A stretch of 64,000 nt of DNA from Terriglobia bacterium (GCA_963709215.1 CAVPVO010000004.1:220101-284100); one strand, 5' to 3'. Positions 18,878-27,855 are shown, counted from the stretch's first letter. Made by a program: numbers and translations. Notes: a model not told the origin generated them from the sequence alone.

Positions 18878-19500
18878 GCGGCCGAGCGGCGCTGGATGGC
18901 GCGGTTGAGCTTGCGGCGCGCGTTGACGACATACGCTTTGGCGCCGCTGGGGTTCGTCAGCGCGAGATCGCGGGTGATGGTGGCAAGCGGGACTTCGTAG
19001 CCATAGTGGAGCGCCATGACGCGCGCTTCGGTGGCGTCGAGAGTATTTCCGATCACGCGCCACATTTCCTCGTGGCGCTGGCGGCGCTCGAGGGCGATGT
19101 CGGCCGGAAGGGAGGACGAGTCGCGGAGACGCAGGGGCACCGTTTCGCCGATGTCGACGGGATCGGCAATGCGGGAAACCGAACTCAGGCAATGATTGCG
19201 CGTGATGGCGTAGAGCCAGGTGGAGAATCGCGAATCTCCGCGGAAACCGCTGCGGTGACGATATGCGCGAAAGAAAACCTCCTGGGCGAGATCGAGGGCC
19301 CGGCAGCGGTTGCGCGTGAAACGCAGGCACCAGGAGGTCACGCGCGCGTGATAGCGCCGGAAAAGCTCGTTGAACATCAGCTCGCCGAGATCTGCGTTTG
19401 GATCGCAAAGTACACACATGACTTCTTCATCCGTGAGAGCTTCCGGACAGTCCTGCGCCATACGAAAAAGCTGCGGACGAAGGGCCGCTTGGGTTGACAT
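18874..19500 (-). CDS. ECF-type RNA polymerase sigma-70 family factor
   Basis: Region 2: LFRRYHARVTSWCLRFTRNRCRALDLAQEVFFRAYRHRSGFRGDSRFSTWLYAITRNHC. Region 4: EARVMALHYGYEVPLATITRDLAL..AKAYVVNARRKL. Confidence 0.85.
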   Translation of the reverse strand: MSTQAALRPQLFRMAQDCPEALTDEEVMCVLCDPNADLGELMFNELFRRYHARVTSWCLRFTRNRCRALDLAQEVFFRAYRHRSGFRGDSRFSTWLYAITRNHCLSSVSRIADPVDIGETVPLRLRDSSSLPADIALERRQRHEEMWRVIGNTLDATEARVMALHYGYEVPLATITRDLALTNPSGAKAYVVNARRKLNRAIQRRSAA

Positions 19501-19507
19501 GCCCGAA

Positions 19508-20668
19508 TCATAGGGGCCGGACGCTGCGGGTGTCGTGATGGGTTTGTAAACACGTTGTAAATTCAGTCTCGGCGGGGCCGGCGACCACCGGGCGTCCGGC
19601 GAGTTTGTTCAGCGCGACGGCGAAATTCCGGGTGAAAGCTGCTTCGGAGAAGTCGCTGACGCCGGTTCGGAGATAGAGCGGGTTGAACCAGGATTCCGTG
19701 CGGTCAAATGTGCGAAGCGCTCCCGCGAGGCTGGCCTCGGTGGCTTCGTCGTAGAGCACGCCACAGCGTTCACGAACGATTTCAAGCGACCCGCCCCGGG
19801 CCAGCGCGAGGACCGGTTTACCGCTGGCGAGCGACTCGACTGTAGTGATGCCGAAGTCCTCTTCGCCGGGCACGATAACCGCCGCGGAGCGGGCGTAGAG
19901 GCCGCGAAGTTCCGCGTCGGAAACGCGGCCGCAGAATTCGATGTTGGGTGCGGCGAGGCGTCTGAGATTGGCGTATTCGGGACCGTCACCGACGATTTTC
20001 AGGCGGCGTCCCTGCCGCGCGAAGGTGCGGACGGCGTAGTCGAGCTGCTTGTACGCGACGAGTTCCGCGACTATCAGGAAGTAGCCTTCCGAGGGTTCGT
20101 GATAGAAGGAATCGACGGCGACCGGAGGATGGATGACCTCAGCCCGGCGGCGGTAAGTGCGCCAGATACGGCGGCGAACATTCCAGCTGTTGGCGACGAA
20201 GCGGTCGACGCGCGCGGCCGAGGCGTAGTCCCAGGTGCGCAGGTAGGTCGAAAGAGAAGCCAGCGCTGCGCGCTTTATCGCGTTGCGGGAGAAGTCGTGC
20301 AGGTAGGCCGGATAAAGCTCCCACAGATAACGCATCGGCGTGTGGCAATAGCAGAGATGGCGGCATGCTGAGGGAACGAGAACACCTTTCGCAGGGCCCG
20401 ATTCACTGCTGATGACGAGATCGTAAGAGCGGAGGTCGAACGATTCCAGCGCGAGCGGCATCACAGGCAGAAGGCCGCGATGAAATCGTTTCAGCGGATT
20501 CAGGAATGAGGCTGTGACTTTGCGCGAGCGGATCAGAGGGGACACGCGGGCGGGATCGTAAAAGAGGGTGAAGATGTCGGCTTCGGGAAGCATCCGCAGG
20601 ATTGCCTCCAGGACTTTTTCGCCGCCACGTGAGCCCAGCAGCCAGTAGTGGATTACCGCAATCCGCAT
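19508..20668 (-). CDS. glycosyltransferase family 4
   Basis: MRIAVIHYWLLGSRGGEKVLEAIL.., LKIVGDGPE.., VPGEEDFGITTVESLASGKPVLALARGGSLEIV. Confidence 0.85.
   Translation of the reverse strand: MRIAVIHYWLLGSRGGEKVLEAILRMLPEADIFTLFYDPARVSPLIRSRKVTASFLNPLKRFHRGLLPVMPLALESFDLRSYDLVISSESGPAKGVLVPSACRHLCYCHTPMRYLWELYPAYLHDFSRNAIKRAALASLSTYLRTWDYASAARVDRFVANSWNVRRRIWRTYRRRAEVIHPPVAVDSFYHEPSEGYFLIVAELVAYKQLDYAVRTFARQGRRLKIVGDGPEYANLRRLAAPNIEFCGRVSDAELRGLYARSAAVIVPGEEDFGITTVESLASGKPVLALARGGSLEIVRERCGVLYDEATEASLAGALRTFDRTESWFNPLYLRTGVSDFSEAAFTRNFAVALNKLAGRPVVAGPAETEFTTCLQTHHDTRSVRPL
19544..19564 (+). promoter_or_regulatory. TTGTAAA-N4-TTGTAAATTC direct-repeat motif, 44-64 nt upstream of the ECF sigma start (inside the 3' end of the GT4 gene)
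   Basis: TTTGTAAACACGTTGTAAATTCA matches 36478-36500 (GTTGTAAAAGTGTTGTAAATTCG) at 18 of 21 core positions with identical 11-bp phasing. Confidence 0.4.
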
Positions 20669-20715
20669 TGCAACGTAGGACCGATTGGGTGACGCGCGGA
20701 GAACAGCTTTGCGCG

Positions 20716-21438
20716 TTACCAGGCGTCGCGACCGCTGAAAATGTCGCGAATAGAGCAGAGCAAAATGTGGAGGCGAAGGGCCGACGAACCACGGCGAACG
20801 AGGAACTGGTCGAGCCGTTTCCTGCGGGCGTAGCTCAGCCGGCTTCGACCGCGAACCTGCCAGAGCCCTGTCAGTCCGGGGCGCACCGAGAGGACTTCTT
20901 TGGTGGCGGCCCCGTAGAATTCGTCGAGTTCCGAAGCCGTGATTGGCCGCGGACCGATGAACGACATCTCGCCGCGAACCACGTGGATGAGTTGTGGAAG
21001 CTCGTCGAGCGAATGACGGCGGCAGAAGCGCGCAAATCGGCTGGTGATGCGAGGATCATGCGGTGTTTTGACCGGTTGTGCTTCGACGTCGGCGCCCCAC
21101 ATGGTGCGGAATTTGAGCATGAGCAAGGGCCGGCCGAGCCATCCGACTCGGGCGTGGCGAATCAAAGGAGGGCGGCGGGAGACCAGCAGGATGGTGACCG
21201 CGATGGCGAGGATCAGCGGTGACGCCAACACAAGCAGGACGGCGGCGATTGACCTTTCGCAGGTTAGGGTCACAGTACGGGCGCGAGCTGACAGATTGGA
21301 CGCCAACCCCGGCCGGGCGGGAACAAAATTGTTCCGGGGCTTTACCATGTGCTGTCCAAATGGCTGAGCGACACGGATGTCGAAGTCCCAAAGAAAAGTT
21401 GTTTTCTTCTTCCCGGCGTTTTCCAGTACAGAAGCCAC
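20716..21438 (-). CDS. polyprenyl-phosphate sugar phosphotransferase (bacterial sugar transferase family, short one-TM form)
   Basis: AAVLLVLASPLILAIAVTILLVSRRPPLIRHARVG..LKFRTM..DELPQLIHVVRGEMSFIGPRP..RPGLTGLWQV. An alternative start is Met31 at 21348. Confidence 0.85.
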   Translation of the reverse strand: MASVLENAGKKKTTFLWDFDIRVAQPFGQHMVKPRNNFVPARPGLASNLSARARTVTLTCERSIAAVLLVLASPLILAIAVTILLVSRRPPLIRHARVGWLGRPLLMLKFRTMWGADVEAQPVKTPHDPRITSRFARFCRRHSLDELPQLIHVVRGEMSFIGPRPITASELDEFYGAATKEVLSVRPGLTGLWQVRGRSRLSYARRKRLDQFLVRRGSSALRLHILLCSIRDIFSGRDAW

Positions 21439-22885
21439 GGCGCCACTGGGAATTCTGGCGGTTTCAACGCCGCTGCTGAGGGCCGGGTATCAGGTGCGAA
21501 TCATCGATTCGACCATTACGCCGAACTTCCAGAAACGAACGCTGGAGGAACTGGACGATGCGCTGTGTCTGGCGATTTCGCTGGTCACGGGACCGATGAT
21601 TCACGAGACGGTACAGATCGCGCGCGCGGCGAAGAGGCGCTATCCGGATAAGCCGGTGATTCTCGGCGGCTGGCATCCGTCTCTGCTGCCGGATCAGACG
21701 TTGGCGGCCGAGTGCGTAGACGTCGTGGTTAAGGGACAGGGCGAGGAAGCGCTGCTCGAAATCGTGGAGCGCATCGCGGCTGGAGAGTCGATGAAGGGCA
21801 TCGCAGGCGTCGGCTACAAGGAAGACGGCAGGATCGTGTTCAACATGCCGCGCGCGTTGAAGCCGATTCGCGAGTTGCCCCCTAAGGCTTATCATCTGGC
21901 CGATTTCGACGAGTACGAGCGCGTTTGCGGGCGGCGCTGGGCGATGTACACGTCGAGTCTGGCCTGTCCGTATAACTGCGCGTACTGCACGAATGACGGA
22001 GTCTACGGGCGCAAGTGGAATGCGCTCGAGCCGGCGCAAGTGGTCGAGGAGACCAGCGATCTGGTGGAGCGGTACGGCCTGTCGCTGCTGTGGATCGTCG
22101 ACGACAATTTCCTGGTCGATAAGGAGCGGGCGCTGGGGATCGCCGAGGGACTGGTGCGGCGCGGTGTGAAGTTCGACTGGAGCGTGCAGTCGTCGACGAA
22201 TCTGGTGTCGCGTTTTTCGGTGGATGAGCTCAAGCTGCTGCGGCGCGCGGGGCTGTCGCAGGTGTCGCAGGGAGCGGACAGCGGTTCGCCCAAAGTGATG
22301 CACCTGATGAACAAGGATTTTCAGAAGATCGAAACGATCTACACGGCGGCGGACAAGCTGTCGCGGGCGGGAATTCGTCCGTCGTTCAACATGATCTTCG
22401 GCTTTCCGGGCGAAGGCGAGAGCGAGCGGAAGGAATCCATCGCACTCATCATGGATGTCTGCCGGCGGTTTCCGGGCGCGGAGTTCTGGACGAATATCTT
22501 CACGCCGTACCCGGGTTCACCGATCATGCAGCGTGCGTTTGAGCTCGGGATTCACGTGCCGAAGACCCTCGAAGGCTGGACCGATTTCTTCCCGCGCTAC
22601 ACAACGCTGCCATGGCTGAAGGGTCGCAAGCACCGCGAGGTGCAGACTATGCGCGAATATCTGCGCATCGCGTTTCATCGCGTGCCCATCGGGATGCAAA
22701 AGAAGAACAGGCTGCAGAGGATTATGCACGGGATGATCGGCGTGCCGGCGCGATGGCGGCTGGATCACGGATTCTACTGGCTGCCGTTTGAACTGTGGCT
22801 CAAAGAAATGATGAACCGGCTGATGCAGCCGCCCAAACCGAAAGTGGACGCACATCAACTGGAAGCGGAAGCTGTGACGTGTTGA
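21377..22885 (+). CDS. B12-binding-domain radical SAM protein 1 (paralog of 26389..27855)
   Basis: N-terminal Rossmann-like KVVFFFPAF..PLGILAVSTPLLRAGYQVRIID..VVVKGQGEEALLEIV. Radical SAM cluster motif CPYNCAYC. C-terminal ..LPWLKGRK. Confidence 0.85.
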   Translation: MSKSQRKVVFFFPAFSSTEATAPLGILAVSTPLLRAGYQVRIIDSTITPNFQKRTLEELDDALCLAISLVTGPMIHETVQIARAAKRRYPDKPVILGGWHPSLLPDQTLAAECVDVVVKGQGEEALLEIVERIAAGESMKGIAGVGYKEDGRIVFNMPRALKPIRELPPKAYHLADFDEYERVCGRRWAMYTSSLACPYNCAYCTNDGVYGRKWNALEPAQVVEETSDLVERYGLSLLWIVDDNFLVDKERALGIAEGLVRRGVKFDWSVQSSTNLVSRFSVDELKLLRRAGLSQVSQGADSGSPKVMHLMNKDFQKIETIYTAADKLSRAGIRPSFNMIFGFPGEGESERKESIALIMDVCRRFPGAEFWTNIFTPYPGSPIMQRAFELGIHVPKTLEGWTDFFPRYTTLPWLKGRKHREVQTMREYLRIAFHRVPIGMQKKNRLQRIMHGMIGVPARWRLDHGFYWLPFELWLKEMMNRLMQPPKPKVDAHQLEAEAVTC

Positions 22886-24246
22886 GACCGGAAGTACTCC
22901 TGACGCACAGCAACAATCTGTTTTCGGACCGAAAGCAGATGGAGAAGATGCAGCCATATCCGCCGCTGCAGACGATACTCGCGGCGGCGGTGCTGCGGGA
23001 AAGCGGGATCGGCGCGGCCTTGTTCGATCCGACGCTGGAAGCGCCCGGGCCTGCGCTGCTGGAGGCGTTCGAGGCGAGTCTCGAGGCGCATAACCCGCGC
23101 CTGGTCGTGGTTTGCGAAGACAGCTTCAACTTCCTCTCCAAAATGTGCCTGGTGCGGAACCGGGAATTGGCGTTCGAGATGGCCACGATCGCGCAGAGGC
23201 GCGGGATTCCGATCGCCGCACATGGACCAGATGCGACGGACCGCGCGGGTGAGTATCTGCGGGCCGGATTCTTTGCGGTGCTGATCGGCGAAGTGGAATC
23301 GACACTGCAGGAGCTGGCGCGGCGCGAGTGCGTCGACGAATTTCGCGGCTTGTTGGCCAAAACGGCGCGCGCGGGAAACGCCGAGCTGGATGCGCTTCCG
23401 CTGCCTGCCTGGGATCTCGTGGATGTGGAGCGCTACCGGCGCGCGTGGATTGAGGCGCACGGGTATTTTTCGCTCAACATGGCAACCAGCCGGGGATGTC
23501 CCTACCGATGCAACTGGTGCGCGAAGCCGGTGTTCGGGCAGCAATATCATTGCCGCTCGCCGCGGGCGGTGGCCGCAGAGATGCTGCATTTGAAAACTGC
23601 ATACGCGCCGGACCAGATCTGGTTTGCGGACGATATCTTCGCGCTTTCTCCGAAGTGGACAGGCGAATTTGCGGAGGCTGTCGCTGAGCTGCGGGGCGAG
23701 ATTCCTTTCCGAATGCAGTCGCGATGCGATCTGATGACCCGGCCGACCGTGGCTGCACTGAAACGCGCCGGTTGCGCGGAAGTGTGGATGGGCTGCGAAT
23801 CGGGCTCGCAGAAAATTCTCGACGCCATGGACAAGGGTATTCGCGTGGAACAGATCTACGCCGCGCGGGAGAATCTGCGGCGTCACGGAATTCGCGCGTG
23901 CTTTTTCCTGCAGTTCGGTTATCCGGGCGAAGGATGGAGCGAGATCCAGGCGACCCTGCGGATGGTGCGGGAGACGAAACCGGACGATATCGGGATTTCG
24001 GTTTCATATCCGCTGCCGGGTACGGTATTTCACCGCAACGTTTTTCGCGGCATCGGACCACGCGCTAACTGGTCGGACAGTGCCGACCTGGCGATGATTT
24101 TTGCGGGGCCTTATCCGAGCGAGTTTTACCGGGCGCTGGCCGATGCGCTGCATCTCGAGGTGCGTGAAGGCAGGTACTCAGAGGCCGCCTGGGAGCGCGT
24201 GTACAGGCTGGAACGCAGTGCGAGCCGGGCCGAGGCGGTCGCGTGA
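22879..24246 (+). CDS. B12-binding-domain radical SAM protein 2 (paralog of 24243..25592)
   Basis: GTG 22879 overlaps the previous stop. LLTHSNNLFSDRKQMEKMQPYPPLQTILAAAVLRESG. SRGCPYRCNWCAKP. FFLQFGYPGEG. Confidence 0.85.
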   Translation: MLRPEVLLTHSNNLFSDRKQMEKMQPYPPLQTILAAAVLRESGIGAALFDPTLEAPGPALLEAFEASLEAHNPRLVVVCEDSFNFLSKMCLVRNRELAFEMATIAQRRGIPIAAHGPDATDRAGEYLRAGFFAVLIGEVESTLQELARRECVDEFRGLLAKTARAGNAELDALPLPAWDLVDVERYRRAWIEAHGYFSLNMATSRGCPYRCNWCAKPVFGQQYHCRSPRAVAAEMLHLKTAYAPDQIWFADDIFALSPKWTGEFAEAVAELRGEIPFRMQSRCDLMTRPTVAALKRAGCAEVWMGCESGSQKILDAMDKGIRVEQIYAARENLRRHGIRACFFLQFGYPGEGWSEIQATLRMVRETKPDDIGISVSYPLPGTVFHRNVFRGIGPRANWSDSADLAMIFAGPYPSEFYRALADALHLEVREGRYSEAAWERVYRLERSASRAEAVA

Positions 24247-25592
24247 TGAAGCTGCTGCTCACACACGCCTACTTCCTGTATGAAGACGCCAAAGAGATGG
24301 CGATCATGAAGCCCTATGCACCACTGGGGATTCTCTACCTCTCGTCGTACCTGCGCGCTAAGGGATTCGATGTCGAAATCTACGATTCCACGTTCGGCTC
24401 GCGTGAGGAGTTGCTCGGGATCCTGAATGACGGACCTCCGGCGGTGCTGGGCATCTACGCGAATCTGATGACGCGCGCGAACGCGGTGGCGATTATCGGC
24501 GCGGCACGGTGCGCGGGATGGCGCGTCATCGTGGGCGGGCCGGAGCCGTCGAATTACGCCGCAGAGTATCTCGATGCGGGCGCGGACGTTGTGGTGCGCG
24601 GCGAAGGGGAGACGGCGGTTGAGCAATTGATGGCGAGCGGATTCGACCGATGTGCCTGGCCGCGCATCGACGGGATCGTTTTTCGCGGTGACAGCGGACG
24701 GACCATTGAAACGGGCGCGGCGCGGCATCTGCCGGACCTCGATCGACAGCCGTGGCCGGACCGCGACCGGATCGATATTCCGCGCTACATGCAGGTGTGG
24801 CGGGACAATCACGGAAGGTCGTCGATCTCGCTGATTACAGCGCGAGGGTGCCCGTACAAATGCAACTGGTGCAGCCATTCTGTTTACGGCCACACGCACC
24901 GGAGGCGATCGGCGAAGGCGGTGGCGGAGGAGGTCGAATGGCTGCTGCGGCGCTACGCACCGGACATGTTGTGGGTTGCCGACGATGTGTTTACGATCCA
25001 TCACGGCTGGCTGTTCGAATACGCGGCGGAGTTGAAGCGGCGCGACATTCGCATTCCTTTCGAATGCATCACGCGCGCCGATCGAGTCAATGAGGGTGTG
25101 GCGGCAACGCTGCGCGACCTCGGATGCATGCGGGTGTGGATCGGATCAGAGAGCGGATCGCAGCGTGTCCTCGACGCGATGCAGCGCGGTGTAACTGTCG
25201 AGCAGGTGCAGCGCGCGGTCGGGCTCGCGAAAGCGAACGGAATCGAAACCGGCATGTTTCTGATGTGGGGCTACGACGGTGAAGAGGTCTCCGACATTGA
25301 AGCCACGGTCGAGCACGTAAGGAAGTGCCGGCCGGATATTTTTCTGACGACGGTGTCATATCCGATCAAGGGGACGCCGTACTTCGAAAAGGTTGCGTCG
25401 CGCCTGGTGAATATCGGCCCGTGGGCAGATACCACCGACCGCGGGTTTCAGATTCGGGGACGGCATTCGCGGCGGTTTTACAAATTCGCGGATGAGTTAC
25501 TGCGAAGCGAGATGGCCGCGGTGCCCGACGCCGCAGCCGCACTCGCGGCGCGAAATGGCCTGCGTGAGGCGTTCGCGGAGACGGAGGCGTGA
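24243..25592 (+). CDS. B12-binding-domain radical SAM protein 3
   Basis: ATGA overlap with the previous gene. LLLTHAYFLYEDAKEMAIMKPYAPLGILYLSSYLRAKG. VVVRGEGETAVEQL. ARGCPYKCNWCSHS. Confidence 0.85.
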   Translation: MMKLLLTHAYFLYEDAKEMAIMKPYAPLGILYLSSYLRAKGFDVEIYDSTFGSREELLGILNDGPPAVLGIYANLMTRANAVAIIGAARCAGWRVIVGGPEPSNYAAEYLDAGADVVVRGEGETAVEQLMASGFDRCAWPRIDGIVFRGDSGRTIETGAARHLPDLDRQPWPDRDRIDIPRYMQVWRDNHGRSSISLITARGCPYKCNWCSHSVYGHTHRRRSAKAVAEEVEWLLRRYAPDMLWVADDVFTIHHGWLFEYAAELKRRDIRIPFECITRADRVNEGVAATLRDLGCMRVWIGSESGSQRVLDAMQRGVTVEQVQRAVGLAKANGIETGMFLMWGYDGEEVSDIEATVEHVRKCRPDIFLTTVSYPIKGTPYFEKVASRLVNIGPWADTTDRGFQIRGRHSRRFYKFADELLRSEMAAVPDAAAALAARNGLREAFAETEA

Positions 25593-26392
25593 TCGATGTG
25601 AATCGCGAAATGCGACTGCAGTTCCTGCGCGACTACGCGAAGATCCGTCAGGCGGAAGGACGCGGTTCGGACGACCCGGCCTGGTATTGCGCACTTCCTT
25701 ATCGCGATCTGACCGGCAGGAACTCCGCGCAGTGGAAGATTCGCGCGCGGACATGGAAGCATTTCGAACACTCCGTGCTTCGCGGGATGGAGTTGGGAAC
25801 GACGCGGTCGCTCGAAATACTGGATATCGGCGCGGGAAACGGATGGATGTCTTACAGGCTGGCGCTGCGGGAGCATCAGCCGGTTGCAGTCGACATCTTC
25901 GCGGATGGCAGCGACGGATTACGCTGTGCGCGGCATTATCCGCGGCGATTTCCGTGCGTCGAAGCCGAGTTCGACCGGCTGCCGTTTCGCGACGCTACAT
26001 TCGACCTGGCGATCTTCAATTCGTCCATTCACTATTCGACCGATTACCGGCGCACGCTGACGGAAGCACGGCGATGCCTGCGACGTTCGGGCCGCATTGT
26101 GATCATGGATTCGCCGATTTACAGACGCGCCGCGCACGGAGAACAGATGCGAGCCGAACGGCACGAGCTGTTCGAGAGAGCGTATGGGTTTCGGTCGGAT
26201 GCCGTGCCGAGCATCGAATACTTCGACGAGGCAACGCTCGAGTCACTGGCCAGAGAGCTGAAGATCGAGTGGCAACTCAGCCAACCGTGGTACGGCATCT
26301 GGTGGGCACTCCGTCCATGGAAGGCCCGATTGCGCGGGCGGCGTCCGCCATCACGATTCTGCATTCTGGTCGGGAGTTTCGGCGCACCGTGA
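25589..26392 (+). CDS. class I SAM-dependent methyltransferase
   Basis: GTGA overlap with the previous gene. Motif I ILDIGAGNGWMSYRLA, then FDLAIFNSSIHY and LRRSGRIVIMDSPIY. Confidence 0.8.
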   Translation: MIDVNREMRLQFLRDYAKIRQAEGRGSDDPAWYCALPYRDLTGRNSAQWKIRARTWKHFEHSVLRGMELGTTRSLEILDIGAGNGWMSYRLALREHQPVAVDIFADGSDGLRCARHYPRRFPCVEAEFDRLPFRDATFDLAIFNSSIHYSTDYRRTLTEARRCLRRSGRIVIMDSPIYRRAAHGEQMRAERHELFERAYGFRSDAVPSIEYFDEATLESLARELKIEWQLSQPWYGIWWALRPWKARLRGRRPPSRFCILVGSFGAP

Positions 26393-27855
26393 TTATTCTG
26401 CTGCATCCGCGCGCTACGCGGCCGAAGAACCGGCGGTTTCCGCTGGCAATTCTCTCGATCGCCGCTGTGCTTGAGGGCAAGGAAGACTACGTCATTGTGG
26501 ACGGCAATCTCGATCCGCAGCCGATGCAAACGATCACGCGGATTATGGCTGCCAGCGAAGTCGAAATGCTGGCGGTTTCCGTCATGCCTGGGCCGCAGAT
26601 GGTGGCGGCGATTGAGCTGTCGAAGGAATTCCGGCGCCGGTGGAAGTCAGTTCCGATTGTGTGGGGCGGCTACTTCCCTTCGCTCTACACCGATGCCACG
26701 CTGAATGCCGAGTACGTCGATTTTGCGGTGAAGGGGCAGGGCGAGGAGACGTTTCCGGAATTGGTCTCTGCGCTGCGCGGGGATCGGAAATTCGCCGGTG
26801 TGCGGGGACTGTCGTTCAAAGATGCGTTCGGGCTGCACGTGCACAATGCGCTGCGTCCGCTGCGTTCGCCGGGCGATTTTCCGGAGCTGCCTTATCACAA
26901 ACTGCAGTCGGTGGAGAAGTATCTGCTGCCGACGTTTCTGGGTAAGCGGACGGCGGTGCATCACGCGAGCATAGGGTGTCCGTTCCGGTGCCAGTTCTGC
27001 GGCGTCGTGCCGATTTACGACGGGCGGCAGAAGACGGAACCGGCAGAGCGTACGGCGCGGGTGCTGGGGAGGCTGCAGCGCGAATACGGCATCGATGCGG
27101 TGCAGTTTTACGACAACAATTTTTTCCTGAGCGAGAGCCACGCCGTGGATCAGGCCGAGCGTCTGATGCCGCTGAAACTGCGCTGGTGGGCGGAAGGGCG
27201 CATCGACGCGATGCTGCGGTATTCGGATGAAACGATGCGCGCGATTCGCGATGCCGGTGCCACCATGATTTTCTTCGGCGCGGAGTCGGGCTCGGACGCG
27301 ACGCTCGCCGAAATGAACAAGAAGATCACGACGGAACAGACGCTCGAGCTGGCAGCACGCATTTCGAAGTTCGACATCATTCCGGAGTTTTCGTTCGTCA
27401 TCGGAAATCCAGGCGATCCGGGACGCGATACGAACGAGACGATCCGGTTCATCCGGAAGATCAAGCGGCTCAATCCGGCGGCTGAGATCATCGTGCAGCA
27501 CTACATTCCGACGCCGCATCCGGACGGCATGTACGGCAGCGTGGACGAAGCGATCCGGTTTCCGGATACACCGGACGAATGGGCCAGTGAACGCTGGTTC
27601 AACTTCACGATTCGGCAGGACCCGCGCCTGCCGTGGCTGCCGCGTCGTGTGAAGCGGCGTATCGATCACTTCGAGCTGGTAATCAATTCGCGCTGGCCGA
27701 CGGTGCAGGACATCCATCTGCCGCGATGGAGCCGCGTGCTGCTGCAGTCGCTGAGCAGCTGGCGGTACGCGCTTGGAATTTACGCCGCGCCGTTCGAACT
27801 GGAGTGGGCACAGAAACTGGTGGCTTTGCGAAAGCCGCGATGGGAGAGCCTCTGA
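26389..27855 (+). CDS. B12-binding-domain radical SAM protein 4
   Basis: GTG 26389 (GTGA overlap) is in frame with the long ORF 25492..27855, whose upstream part overlaps two other genes. IILLHPRA..PLAILSIAAVLEG..AVKGQGEETFPELV. SIGCPFRCQFCGV. ..RLPWLPRR. Confidence 0.8.
   Translation: MIILLHPRATRPKNRRFPLAILSIAAVLEGKEDYVIVDGNLDPQPMQTITRIMAASEVEMLAVSVMPGPQMVAAIELSKEFRRRWKSVPIVWGGYFPSLYTDATLNAEYVDFAVKGQGEETFPELVSALRGDRKFAGVRGLSFKDAFGLHVHNALRPLRSPGDFPELPYHKLQSVEKYLLPTFLGKRTAVHHASIGCPFRCQFCGVVPIYDGRQKTEPAERTARVLGRLQREYGIDAVQFYDNNFFLSESHAVDQAERLMPLKLRWWAEGRIDAMLRYSDETMRAIRDAGATMIFFGAESGSDATLAEMNKKITTEQTLELAARISKFDIIPEFSFVIGNPGDPGRDTNETIRFIRKIKRLNPAAEIIVQHYIPTPHPDGMYGSVDEAIRFPDTPDEWASERWFNFTIRQDPRLPWLPRRVKRRIDHFELVINSRWPTVQDIHLPRWSRVLLQSLSSWRYALGIYAAPFELEWAQKLVALRKPRWESL

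Noticed and set aside
18878-19417. Upstream half of ORF 17906..19417 (would extend the HprK-like protein by 180 aa)
   Set aside because: It overlaps the ECF sigma factor gene out of frame and is Arg/Pro-rich. The internal ATG at 18877 forms an ATGA junction with the sigma stop.
16612-19500. Lasso-peptide or other canonical RiPP cluster, suggested by the HprK-like kinase and PF14907-like nucleotidyltransferase
   Set aside because: No lasso cyclase (asparagine-synthetase-like), no transglutaminase-like protease, no PqqD/RRE and no plausible precursor ORF are visible nearby. The association is kept only as a hypothesis in the findings.
25492-26388. N-terminal 299 codons of the long ORF 25492..27855
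   Set aside because: This part overlaps the end of radical SAM gene 3 and the whole methyltransferase gene in another frame, and has no motifs. The radical SAM homology begins at the GTG at 26389, which also forms the recurrent GTGA stop/start overlap.
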